Part shown: in pieces, positions 32,151 through 43,291 of the stretch
Numbering within the stretch: the first letter of the stretch is position 1
How the letters are laid out: every line of letters begins with the position of its first letter
From: Mytilus californianus
Lineage: Eukaryota
NCBI RefSeq assembly: GCF_021869535.1
Contig: NW_026262637.1
Coordinates: forward strand, 30,876,001 to 30,940,000
Reading direction: 5' to 3'
Length of the DNA stretch: 64,000 nt
Translations under genes and position numbers: made by a program
Notes under the pieces: generated by a model
Database searches by the model: none
Told to the model about the DNA's origin: nothing
What the model saw: only the letters and a program-made list of their open reading frames with translations

Positions 32151-35100
32151 TGGCTGAAACTGAGGACCAAGTTTTAGCTGAGACTAATTATGATTTTGAA
32201 GAGTCCAAAAATTTTGAAAAATTGAGTCAGATAAAATCAACCAGTTCTGATAGCTTATATGTAATTGCCAGTGTTTTTGACATGAAATTAAATTGTTTGA
32301 TTGATACCGGGTCCACTGTAAGTGTCCTTAACTCATCCATGTATAATACCATGTCCAAGAATGTAAAGCCAGAGCTATCCAATGCATGTACTGGTTTACG
32401 CATGGCTAATGGAAGTGTAGTTATGCCGATGGGGACTGCTGTATTTCCAGTACAGCTGAATAAAAAAATTGTTTATCACCGTCTCATTGTTGCAGACATA
32501 GATATACCAATGATAATTGGATTTGATTTTTTATATAAAAATAGTTGTATATTAGATATGGGAAGGAGAACCGTAGAAATTGACGGACAATTTATTACCT
32601 GTCAAAGAGAACATTGTTTAAATTCTATTTTTAAAATTTCGTCTGTTGAAGATGTAGAAATTCCACCCACTTGTGAAATGATTGTCCAGGGAACAATATT
32701 ACAGGGTACACCACATAAAGTAACTGGGTTAATTGAACCGGCAGGCCCTTTTCTCACCGAAAATGGCTGTCTTATTGCCAAGGCAGTGGTAAATCCTAGT
32801 CAGCAGTACTTACCTGTCCGCATTATCAATCTTAGTGAACAACCAGTTCAGTTATATAGGGAAGCAATTATTGGTCAATGTGAATTAATCAACAGTGATA
32901 CAATAGAAATAAATGTACTGTCTAAACAATTAAATGCTAGGGATACACTGTATCAAATAAGCAACCAAGAAGATGTTCTTCCTGAATATTTACAAAACTT
33001 ATATGAGAGGTCCATTTCACACTTAGAAAAAGAACAACAAGTCAAGGTTTTTAAACTTTTATCAAAATACAAAACTGCCTTTTCCAGGTGTAAATCAGAT
33101 TTAGGTAGAACTGATATTGTTAAACACAAGATTGATACTGGGGATACACCACCTTTTAAGATGCAACCCAGGCGTCTACCTATGGCCAAACGAGAAGTTG
33201 CATCCAAAGAAATAAAACGCTTACTTGATGACGGAATCATTGAACCATCTAATGGACCATATGCCTCACCTATTGTGTTGGTCACCAAGCCTGACCAGTC
33301 CACGAGACTGTGCATTGATTACAGAAAAATTAATCAAGTAACAAAACGTGATTGTTACCCCCTACCGTTAATAAATGACTCCCTTGACGCCCTGGGGGGC
33401 TCCTCTTGGTTCAGTAGTATGGACCTAAGCTCTGGATATTATCAGGTCGAGATGGACCCCATTGACAAGGAAAAAACTGCCTTTACCAGCCACGAAGGAT
33501 TATACCAATTTAAAGTTATGAGTTTTGGCTTATGTAATGCCGTTGCAACTTTCGAAAGGTTAATGGAAACTGTTTTAAGAGGTTTACATTGGAAAACCTG
33601 TATCTTGTATATTGATGATATAATCGTGTTTGCTAAAGATTTTGATTCCCATATCCAAAGACTGGATACAGTCTTGGAAAGAATATCCAATGCTGGTCTC
33701 AAAATATCACCAAACAAATGTAACCTTTTTCAGAAAAAGGTTAAGTTCTTAGGACACATAGTTTCTGAGGAGGGAGTTTCTACCGACCCACGGAAAATTG
33801 AATGTGTTAAAAATTGGCCACCATTAAAAAATGTCCATGATGTCAGAAGTTTTTTAGGAACATGTTCCTACTACCGTAGATTTATTCCTTCTTTTTCCGA
33901 CATTGCCAGACCTTTGAATAAATTAACTGAAAAAACCGCCAAATTCCTTTGGACAGAGGACTGTGAAACCTCTTTTCAAACGTTAAAAGAAAAGTTAACA
34001 CAAACTCCTATATTAGTTTACCCCTGTATGAACAGACCTTTTATCTTAGACACCGATGCCAGTGGATATGGTATAGGAGCCGTTCTTTCCCAAGTATATG
34101 ATGGCATTGAAAAACCTGTTGCATATTATAGTCGTTCTCTCAATAAACAAGAACGCAACTATTGTGTTACTAGACGAGAACTGCTTGCAGTTGTAGAAAG
34201 TGTCAAACACTTCCATCATTATTTGTATGGTACTTGTTTCAAAGTCCGTACAGACCATGGAGCCCTTAATTGGCTCTGTAAATTTAAAAATCCAGAGGGT
34301 CAAATGGCTAGGTGGATAGAAGTGCTTGAAACTTATAACTACAAAATTGAACATCGCCCAGGGAAACAGCATGGAAACGCTGACGGACTTTCACGCCAAT
34401 GTTTCCCATGCAATCATTGTTTTCGCCAAGAAACCAAAGATAAGGAATATCAAGAACAATACATCAGAGCTATCCAGTGTAATGAAGTACCAAGTACCAG
34501 TTTCCAGGAACCAGTAGATTACTGGTTGTCTCCCAGATCTGAAAAAGAAATCAGAGAGGCACAATTAGCAGACAAAGATTTAAATATTATAATGAAATGG
34601 TTGGAAACAAATTCTGGCCAACCTGAGTGGTCCGAAGTTTTAGTTCATAACACAAGTGTAAAAATTTTAAGGACAAAATGGAAACAGTTAATAATAAACA
34701 ACGGTGTTCTTTACATAAATTACCTTGATGTAGATTCAAATAAGATACTAAAACGGTTACTTATACCTAAAATATGGAGAGATGAAGTGCTCCAAATGTT
34801 GCACAATGATCCAGGATCTGGTCACCTCGGAGTCGGTAGGACTCTGGCTCGCACCAAAAGCAGAGTATATTGGCCTGATATTTCTAGAGATGTTAATCTG
34901 TGGTGTCAAAAGTGTTTGGTTTGCCAATCCCGCAAACGACCTGCTAGGAACGCTAGAGGTGGCCTTGGTCAATATGCTGTTGGTGCACCTATGGAACGCA
35001 TAGGTATGGACCTACTTGGTCCCTTACCCCAGTCTCGACAAGGAAATAAATTTATACTTATAGTGTCGGATTATTTTACGCGCTGGATAGAAGCGTACCC

Positions 35101-35833
35101 CATACCTGATATCCAGGCCCATACCATATGTAGAGTATTCATTGCTGAATTTATTTCTCGGTACGGAATTCCAAGACAAATTCACACTGACCGTGGTGCT
35201 CAGTTCACCTCACAACTGTTTAAAGAAATCTGTGATGCTTTTCGCATTGACAAGACTTTCACTACTGCTTTACACCCCCAAAGTGATGGTCTTGTTGAGC
35301 GATTTAATCGTACTGTAGAAGATATGCTAAGTAAAGTTGTTTCTCGTGACCAGAAAAACTGGGACGAAGTATTGCCAATGGTGATGCTAGCATACCGCAC
35401 GTCTGAACATGACAGTACTGGTCAAACTCCGAGCATGATGATGTTCGGTCGTGAAGCAGAATTACCAATTGATCTACTTTTAGGTCTACCACCCCATGTG
35501 ACACCAAGCACACATTCAGATTATGTAGCAAAGCTGATAAACAGACTCGATCGAATCCATACGGTAGCCTCCAAGAAAATGGAAGGTGCCCGTGACCGAC
35601 AGAAAAGGAACTATAACATTAAAATAAATAAAACACAATATTCGGTGGGTGCACTGGTTTGGTTACACGATACCACACGGAAAAAGGGACTGTGTCCAAA
35701 ATTACAAAACCCATGGGTTGGGCCCTACCAAATAGTAGAAATCATTTCGGACCTCGTCTATGTAATAAAACAATCACCACAATCCAAACCTAAAGTTATT
35801 CACCATGACAGACTCAAACCATATATTTGTTAA
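32096..35833 (+). CDS. pol: Gypsy Pol (protease, RT, RNase H, integrase), -1 frame relative to gag
   Basis: LIDTGS protease; LCIDYR and YIDDI RT; DTDASG RNase H; HHCC plus D,D,E integrase; WVGPY (GPY/F). Frame is open from 32096; the ORF-track start at 32150 is an alternative codon. Confidence 0.97.
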   Translation, partial: QLISKKSGRPNDWSGKLLVAETEDQVLAETNYDFEESKNFEKLSQIKSTSSDSLYVIASVFDMKLNCLIDTGSTVSVLNSSMYNTMSKNVKPELSNACTGLRMANGSVVMPMGTAVFPVQLNKKIVYHRLIVADIDIPMIIGFDFLYKNSCILDMGRRTVEIDGQFITCQREHCLNSIFKISSVEDVEIPPTCEMIVQGTILQGTPHKVTGLIEPAGPFLTENGCLIAKAVVNPSQQYLPVRIINLSEQPVQLYREAIIGQCELINSDTIEINVLSKQLNARDTLYQISNQEDVLPEYLQNLYERSISHLEKEQQVKVFKLLSKYKTAFSRCKSDLGRTDIVKHKIDTGDTPPFKMQPRRLPMAKREVASKEIKRLLDDGIIEPSNGPYASPIVLVTKPDQSTRLCIDYRKINQVTKRDCYPLPLINDSLDALGGSSWFSSMDLSSGYYQVEMDPIDKEKTAFTSHEGLYQFKVMSFGLCNAVATFERLMETVLRGLHWKTCILYIDDIIVFAKDFDSHIQRLDTVLERISNAGLKISPNKCNLFQKKVKFLGHIVSEEGVSTDPRKIECVKNWPPLKNVHDVRSFLGTCSYYRRFIPSFSDIARPLNKLTEKTAKFLWTEDCETSFQTLKEKLTQTPILVYPCMNRPFILDTDASGYGIGAVLSQVYDGIEKPVAYYSRSLNKQERNYCVTRRELLAVVESVKHFHHYLYGTCFKVRTDHGALNWLCKFKNPEGQMARWIEVLETYNYKIEHRPGKQHGNADGLSRQCFPCNHCFRQETKDKEYQEQYIRAIQCNEVPSTSFQEPVDYWLSPRSEKEIREAQLADKDLNIIMKWLETNSGQPEWSEVLVHNTSVKILRTKWKQLIINNGVLYINYLDVDSNKILKRLLIPKIWRDEVLQMLHNDPGSGHLGVGRTLARTKSRVYWPDISRDVNLWCQKCLVCQSRKRPARNARGGLGQYAVGAPMERIGMDLLGPLPQSRQGNKFILIVSDYFTRWIEAYPIPDIQAHTICRVFIAEFISRYGIPRQIHTDRGAQFTSQLFKEICDAFRIDKTFTTALHPQSDGLVERFNRTVEDMLSKVVSRDQKNWDEVLPMVMLAYRTSEHDSTGQTPSMMMFGREAELPIDLLLGLPPHVTPSTHSDYVAKLINRLDRIHTVASKKMEGARDRQKRNYNIKINKTQYSVGALVWLHDTTRKKGLCPKLQNPWVGPYQIVEIISDLVYVIKQSPQSKPKVIHHDRLKPYIC

Positions 35834-35891
35834 TGAAGGTTGAATGATATTATATTTTATCCCAAATTAATTATTGCTTTTCGCTTTTCAG

Positions 35892-36675
35892 TGAGAAAAA
35901 GAAAACCTATGACTGCCCCAAGTGTGACCAAAGCTACGACCTTATCAGTCAGCTGAAAAGACACCATTCTGATCGCCATGGGCCCAGATTGAAATGTAAT
36001 ACTGATGGGTGTATTTTCACATGTCCAGAAAGTAGAAGGTACATGCTGAGAAATCACATGTCAGAACAGCATGCCCAATACATCACAGCACCCATGGTAA
36101 ATTCAGAAAAATATCCGTTGTCACCATTGAGATCACCAACTCCGATTTCCTTATATGAACCAACTGATATAAATGGTAATGAGTTTGATTTCCTTTATAA
36201 TGCTTGCCAGGAAAGTGGTATTAACCTAGATTTCCCACCTCCCCGTAAGGTTTTAATACAGGAACAGCTGAATGAAAAGGGAGATGCTAATAATAACACC
36301 ATTCTTACACCTGTCAGTCTCAAACCAAGAGATTTGACCTCCGAATATTTGATGTGTCCGATCTCACCGGAAATACCAACTTATTTTACCTGTTCATCAT
36401 CATCAACCCGACCTAGGAATTCCGAGTCCAATCCACCAACCACCACATCGGCTCTACCAGTTACCGCACCTATTTCTCCAACACCTACTTTTTCAGCCAG
36501 TTTTCAGTTACCAGATGGAAGTAAGTATACCTGTACTACTTCCCTGGTACCTGATCCCAGCAACCCGAAAGAAACGGAAAAAAAGGACGCCGAAACACAG
36601 TGTGAGATTATGGATTTGGCAAATTACCAGAAGTATCTAAAATTTGTAGAAATTATGAACTTGTTTAAAAATTAA
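35892..36675 (+). CDS. Gypsy ORF3: two C2H2 zinc fingers plus P/S/T-rich tail, probably spliced
   Basis: Reading frame open from 35848 with no ATG before the fingers. CPKC-x12-H-x4-H (35914-35979) and C-x4-C-x14-H-x4-H (35995-36072); acceptor cttttcgcttttcag| at 35891. Confidence 0.75.
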
Positions 36676-36829
36676 TTTGGTGCCTTTGTCATTAATGGGG
36701 GTTGGATTTAGATTATAGTGTTATTGTGTATATATTTATTGGATGTAGGGGGGTGGACTTTAACTTTATATTGATATTGTGTTCATTTCATGATTGTTTA
36801 ACCTGTTTAAATATGTAACTTGTTTTTAG

Positions 36830-37020
36830 GAACATTCGTCTTGCGAAGAAGATATGTTGGTGTTATATAAACATTCGTTAAAATACACGGAAAACAATGT
36901 ATTAAAGAACATTCGTCTTGCGAAGAGGATATGTTGGTGTTATATAACATTCGTTAAAATACACAGAATTAGTTGCGATTAAGGAACATTCGTCTTGCAA
37001 AGAAGATATATTGGTGCTCT
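36830..37020 (+). repeat. ~77 bp tandem repeat (x2.5) in the Gypsy 3' non-coding region
   Basis: GAACATTCGTCTTGC at 36830, 36907 and 36984. Confidence 0.9.
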
Positions 37021-37256
37021 ATGAACTTTTAGCGGTAATAAAAGATCTGAAAAGACTGGGATATCAGGCTTCGCTTGAAGCCCCGTAAATTATGAACAAT
37101 GAACATTTCAAAGACTGTAATATATATAGATATTGTTATATATTGTTGTATATGTATGTTACAAAAATATTTCATATTATTGATGTTGAACCTTTATTTT
37201 TCTAATATTCAATGAATACTTATGTAAACTATGTTTGAGGACAAACATTATTTTTC

Positions 37257-37270
37257 AAAGGTGGGGAAAG
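37257..37270 (+). promoter_or_regulatory. Polypurine tract
   Basis: AAAGGTGGGGAAAG immediately 5' of the 3' LTR. Confidence 0.9.
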
Positions 37271-38584
37271 TGTAACAAAATTGGCGTCCATCTATTAAAG
37301 TTGTATAGGATTTTACGGATTTTCGCGTATGTCTCATCAAGGGGATATAAGTAGCGCCTTTCATGAATTTATAAGTCAACTGCGATTGTCGGTTCCCTTT
37401 AAGGAAACTTGTCCCCCCCCCCAAATTTGTGTATTGATATTGCTTTAATGGTATCGATACATTACTTTTGTTGTTATGTAGTTATTGTGTAAAGTATGGA
37501 TAATTATGCTTTCAGATGTTGCTGAATTTACCTTTATTTTGCATGCTCATGTGTGAAAATCCCAGTTCAAACATGGTTAACTGTTAAACTTTTATTATTC
37601 TTGCCTTTGTTTTTATATTCGGAACACCTCTCTTTTGTTCATTTCAATTGAAGTACACAAACGTTTTACCAAACACCCCGAACATAATTTTGGTAATCAC
37701 CAGTTCCGGTTTTGGTAATTTAGGTATTTTCCTAAATGGTAAATGGTAAACCAAAATGGTAAATGGTAAACCAATTCGGTAATTGGTTTACCTAAGTATA
37801 AATACAGCGGAACATTCACTAAGTCTTCAGCTCATATTTTACCCTGGGCAAGTAACTTTCGCTAATTCCAAGCGTTATAATAAAATTAAGTACCAGTTAC
37901 CAGACCAAGTCGGTAGAACCAGTTACCAAGCAGACGACAGATAACCATGTCTGAGGAGAATAGGTCCGTACATATTTTGGTTTGTTAATTCCTTTACGAG
38001 TTACACACGGAAATAACTTATTAAGTTAAACTTTATCTTTTGGCATTGAATTTGATTTACCATTTGCCGATTACCCAACTATAATAGTAAACTTTCTGGG
38101 TATATTTTTCCGCTATCCATTTTCTTTCATTTCACGATAGAAGGTTAATAATATATTTATCTATAAGATTATGATATAGTTAAGTTATTTAATATTTATC
38201 TGTATTGTTGATAATTAATGCATCTTAAAGTTAATATAAGTTGATTTTTATTTAACGAGTCTGTTATTCCTACAAACACAAATACGGAGAGTTACATACA
38301 AAACACACAAACACTTCCACAGGCCAAAAACATATTTCCAGATACACCCTTTTTTTTTTATCCAAGTCTTCACCTTACCAGAGTAACCAACCTAACCAGG
38401 GTGTGGAAAGAAACCAGAGTACCACGAAACCAGGGTACCACGCTACCAAAGAAGGGTCTCCCGTCATAACTTTTATTTCATATATATAATTATGCATTCT
38501 TACAAGAACATTCTTATAGCAACACACTAAGGGATAAACATTTATAGTTTAACACTAAGGCCCGACCGCTCGGTTTTCGTTACA
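37271..38584 (+). repeat. 3' LTR (1314 bp)
   Basis: Copy of the 5' LTR at offset 8025. Confidence 0.97.
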
Positions 38585-38604
38585 ATACTATATCTATTTT
38601 TGAT

Positions 38605-39612
38605 AAAATGCTTTGCTGAGCTCAGCTGGATACGACCGCAGAGGTCCAACCCTGAACAGTTGGGGCGAAAATGGACACAATATTCGCGCTTGATACAGGT
38701 CTGAATTTGGATTGTAATTTAATATTTGACACATAATAGGTTTCTGACACCGAGTAACTGTAGTCTAAGAACTTAGAATTGGTTATATGATTTGAATTTA
38801 TATTCAATTTTTTGTTTTTGTGAAATACACTATGCTGTTGCGTATTGACCCCCCCCCCCCCAAAAAAAAATTTGTTTTACCCCCCCCCCCCCCCCTTTTT
38901 TTTTGCAAACAAAAAAAATATTTGAAGAAATTTTCTTTTTAATTTCTGAAATCTGAAATGAAAAAAAAAATTGCCTCCCACAATTTATTTTTTACCCCCT
39001 CCCCCCCTTTTCCCAAAAAAAAAAATCTTTTCCTCAAGACATGGGCATAATTTCAATTCAAATTTCCATTGGAGTTTGCAACCATAATTACCAATTTAAA
39101 TACATCATAAAAGTCTTAAATAGATAATTTAAAAGCAGTGTAAGGGAGGAAATCCAACATTGTACAACATTGTACAATTTGGTTTTGGATTACCTCCCTT
39201 TCACTGCTTTTAAATTGTCCATTAACCAGGAAACCCTTGTTTTTTCCCCTTTTTGCCCCTTATTCCTAAATGGTTTGAGCCATAACCCCCCATAGCCAAT
39301 CCTAACCATCCCTTTGTGGTATGGAAACTTGTGGTATAATTTCAGAGAGATCCATACACTTAAACACAAGTTATTGTCTGGAAGTTACAAAAATGTTTAT
39401 TTTTGGCCCCTAATTCCTTAACTGTTGGTACCATAACCCCAAAATCAATCCCAACCTTCCTTTTGTGGTATTGAACCTTATGGTAAAATTTCATAGAGAT
39501 CCATTCACTTAAACTAAAGTTATTGTACGAAAACCAATGTGTCTTTGGACGACGACGACGCCAACGTCATACCAATATACGCCTGCAAAAATTTTTTGCG
39601 GTCGTATAAAAA
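38605..39612 (-). mobile_element. HINE-like element family A, compact ~1 kb copy
   Basis: Head GCTGGATACGACCGCAGAGGTCCAACCCTG shared with copies at 43292, 51038, 59632 and 60888; (GAC)n and terminal hairpin TATACG...CGTATAAAAA. Confidence 0.75.
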
Positions 39613-39649
39613 TGACTCTACTTATAATTTCTATTAATTGTGCCATACA

Positions 39650-42228
39650 GCTCTGATTAAATATTTGATATAGCATAGTTTCTGACATAGAATGAATGTG
39701 GTTTAGGGAGCTACCATTTGATTTTTTATGGGGGGGGGGGGGCTAGGAAGAAAAATTATGTCCTGCATTTTTATTTTAGTTGTAATCTCGGTCCTGCCTT
39801 TTTATTTTTCACTCTATTCGGTCCTGCCTTTTTTTTTATTAGTTTATCCTGACTTTTTTTACATAATTTGTCATCCTGCCTTTTTTTTTTTGCCAAGTTG
39901 CTCATCCTGCCTTTTTTTTTACTCAAAACTCCTGTCCTGCCTTTTTTTGAAATTTCATCCTAGCCCCCCATAAAAATCAAATGGTAGCTCCCTTAAGTAC
40001 TTAAAAAATTTGAAATTGGACATTTACCAATTATGTTCCAATATTCAACATCTAAATACATGGTTGGAATCAAACAAAGTTTCATTTTAGACCCTTTGGA
40101 CCTCAATGTATACCAATTTGATAACAGGACCCAAAATCAAAAATCTAAATACACGGTTAGATTCAGCATATCAAAGATCCCCATATATTCATTTTTTGTT
40201 GAAATCAAACAAAGTTTCATTTGTGACCCCAATTTTAACCAACTTGAAAACTGAGCCTAAATCAAAAATCTTAATACACCTTTAGATTGGGCATATCATA
40301 GAACACCAATAATTCATTTTTTTTAAATCAAAATATGGACCAATTCAAATACAGGGCCCAAAATCTAAATTCTAAATACTTGGTTAATAAATAATGGTTA
40401 GATTCAGCATATTAAGGAACCCCAAGAATGCAAGACTTTGAATTAAACCCCACTGAAATTGGTCAAGAAATAAGCAATTTATACAAAATATTACAAAAGT
40501 ATTGTTTTTGGCCCCTTTTTCCTTAACCCTTAAGGTCATAACCCCAAAAATCAATCCCAACCTTCCTTTTTTGGTATAAAACCTTCTGGTACAGATATAT
40601 AGCAATCCAAAGATTCATTTTTTTTAAATCAAACAAAGTTTAATAATTTTTTACCCTTTGGACCTGAATGTGGACCAATTTGATAATGGGAATAACAATC
40701 CAAAATCTAAATACATGATTAGATTCAGCATATCAAAGAACCCATATATTCAATTCAATTTTTTTTTTAAATCAAACAAAGTTTAATTTGGACCAACTTG
40801 AAAACTGTGCCCAAATCAAAAATCTAAATACATGCTTAGATTCAGCATATCAAAAAACCCCAAGAATTCATTTTTTTTCAAATCAAACAAAGTTTAATTT
40901 TGGACCCTTCAGACCTTAATGTGGACCAAATCAAAAACAGGGCCCAGAATCCATATTCTTAATACCTAGATTCGGCATATTAAAGAACCCTAAGAATAAA
41001 AGACTTGGAATTAAACCCCATTGAAATGGTCAAGAAAAAAGCAATTTATACAAAGTATTACAAAAGTTTTTTTTGGCCCCTTTTTCCTAAACCGTTAGGG
41101 TCATAACCCCCAAAATCAATCCCAACCTTCCTTTTATGGTATAAACCCTTGTGGTACAATTAAATAGCAATCCATGGACTACATATACTCAAGTTATTGT
41201 CCAGAAACCAGAAAATCCCAGCTTTTTTGTCCCTTTTTGGCCCTAATTCCTAAACGAACTTGGGCCATGACCCCCAAAATCAATCCAAACCTTCTTTTTG
41301 AGGAATGGAACCTTGTGGTAAAATTTCATAAGATCCATACACTTATGCACAAGTTATTGTCCTGAAACAAGAAAAATACTTGTTTTTGGCCCCATTATAG
41401 CCCCTTATTACTAAACAGCTACGACAATAACCCTCAAAATCAATCCCAACCTTTCTTTTGTGGTATGGAACCTTGTGCTAAAATTTCATAGAGATCCATA
41501 CACCTTTACTCAAGTAATTGTCTGCGAACCAGAAAAAATGCTTGTTTTTGGTCCCTTTTCGCCACTTAATTACTAAACTGCTAAGACAATAACCCCCAAA
41601 ATCAATCCCAACCTTCCTATTGTAGTATGGAACCTAGTGCTAAAATTTCATAAAGATCCATACACTTATACTCAAGTTATTGTCTGTGAACCAAAATGTC
41701 TTCAGCCCCTTTTCGGTTACTTATTCCTAAACAATTTGGGCCATGACCCGAAAATCAATCCCAACCTTCCTTTTGAGGTATGGAACCTTGTGGTAAAATT
41801 TCATAGAGATCTATACACTTAAACACAAGTTATTGTCCTGAGACAAGAAAAATACTTGTTTTATGCCTATTTATAGCCCCTAATTACTAAACAGCTACGA
41901 TAATAACCCTCAAAATCAATCCCAGCCTTTCTTTAGTGTTATGGAACCTTGTGCTAAAATTTCAAAGAGATCCATGTTTATACTCAAGTTATTGTCTGTG
42001 AACCAGAAAAAATGCTTGTTTTTCGTCCTTAATTACTCAACAGCTACGACCATAACCCCCAAAATCAATCCCAACATTCCTATTGTGGTATGGAACCTAG
42101 TGCTAAAATTTCATAGAGATCCATACACTTATACTCATGTTATTGTCTGCAAACCAAAATGTCTTTGGACAACAACGCAGACATAGCCATAGCATAATAC
42201 GAACACAAAAAGTTTGCGGTCCTATAAA
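39650..42228 (-). mobile_element. HINE-like family A copy with two internal satellite arrays (~100 bp and ~160 bp units)
   Basis: Repeated TTAGATTCAGCATATC (40030-41030) and AAAATCAATCCCAACCTT (41100-42170); degenerate terminal hairpin. Confidence 0.7.
39706..39992. mobile_element. PIF/Harbinger-type MITE, copy 2 (opposite orientation), inserted in a HINE head
   Basis: Same TIR and TTA TSD as 4757-5008; splits GAATGTGGTT-TA-AGTACTTAAA. Confidence 0.88.
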
Positions 42229-42229
42229 C

Positions 42230-43094
42230 ACTGCAAAAAAATTGTAAAAATATTCATTACAGGGCAAAAACTCCAATAAGTCAACAAAAGATTTAGGCCA
42301 TGATGGCTTCTATGTAGAACTTAGCTTGCGGATCATTTTTGCTATTTAAGTTCCAATCCATCTTTTATAGTTTTCAAGATAATAAAATTTTAAAAATCGT
42401 TATTAAAGGGAAATAACCTCAATAAGGAATCGATTAACAAATTCGGTCATGTTGACTTATTTGTAGATATTGTCTTACTGATCATTTTTACTATATAAAG
42501 TTTCTGTCCATCTATTATCGTTTTCAAGATAATAGGCAAAAATGCAAAATATTCGAGAACATTGTCATTATAGGGAAATAATTTTAATAAAGTGTCGACT
42601 GAGGATTATGATCATGTTTGACTTATTTGTACATCTTGTCTTGCTGATCATTTTTTTTTCTCTAAAGTTTCTGTCTATCTATTACAGTCATAAATGAAAA
42701 AATATTTAAATTCATCATTTAAGGGCAAAAACTTCAATAAGAAGTCATCTGACAATTTTGATGTTAATGAACAGTTGATAGATCTTTAATTCTAAACATT
42801 TTTGCCCCATCAGTTTTTTTCTATCTACAGAGGTTTTCATGATAATAGACAAAACTTGCATTTTACCCCTATGATCTTTTTTTAGCCATGTCGCCCATGT
42901 TGGTGGGCAAGCAATATCATCAGACACATTTTTAAACTAGATACCCTATGATGATAGTAGCTAAGTTGGTTCCAATTGGCCCAGTAGTTTCAGAGGAGAA
43001 GATTTTTGTAAAAAACGAACGGATGACGACAGACAACGGATGCCAAGTGCTAGGAAAATCTCATAAGTGGCATTCTGACCAAGTGAGCTAAAAA
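42230..43094 (-). mobile_element. HINE-like family B copy with ~180 bp diverged tandem units
   Basis: Ends GACAACGGATGCCAAGTG...GTGAGCTAAAAA like 9321-9968; shares TAGTTTCAGAGGAGAAGATTTTT. Confidence 0.7.
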
Positions 43095-43291
43095 CTAATT
43101 TACCCTACACCATCATGTTCTTGTGCCAGCCAAATTCTTGTCTTTTGTCTCATATTTTAATGTGTTTTTTTGTCATGTTGGGGAATTTGATGTTGATAGC
43201 AGATATTTCTCTAGATGTTTTCGGTTTTTTTGTATTGTTGGGTAGCTGTATCATTGATGTATACCAAGAATCTGCTTTTATTAATATAAAT

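Larger units (their letters stand above)
29246..38584 (+). mobile_element. Intact full-length Ty3/Gypsy LTR retrotransposon with an extra zinc-finger ORF
   Basis: Paired TGT...ACA LTRs, ATAC TSD (29242-29245 and 38585-38588), PBS, PPT, open gag and pol in PR-RT-RH-IN order. Confidence 0.98.

Noticed and set aside
30682-35531. Antisense and alternate-frame ORFs overlapping gag and pol
   Set aside because: Expected shadows of long coding sequence; no motifs.
35989-36675. ORF-track start of ORF3 at TTG 35989
   Set aside because: It cuts off the first zinc finger; the frame is open from 35848 and a strong acceptor lies at 35891.
38630-38655. Pol III B-box-like GGTTCGACC/GGTTGGACC in HINE heads (tRNA-SINE idea)
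   Set aside because: No A box or cloverleaf; termini fit Helentron-type elements.
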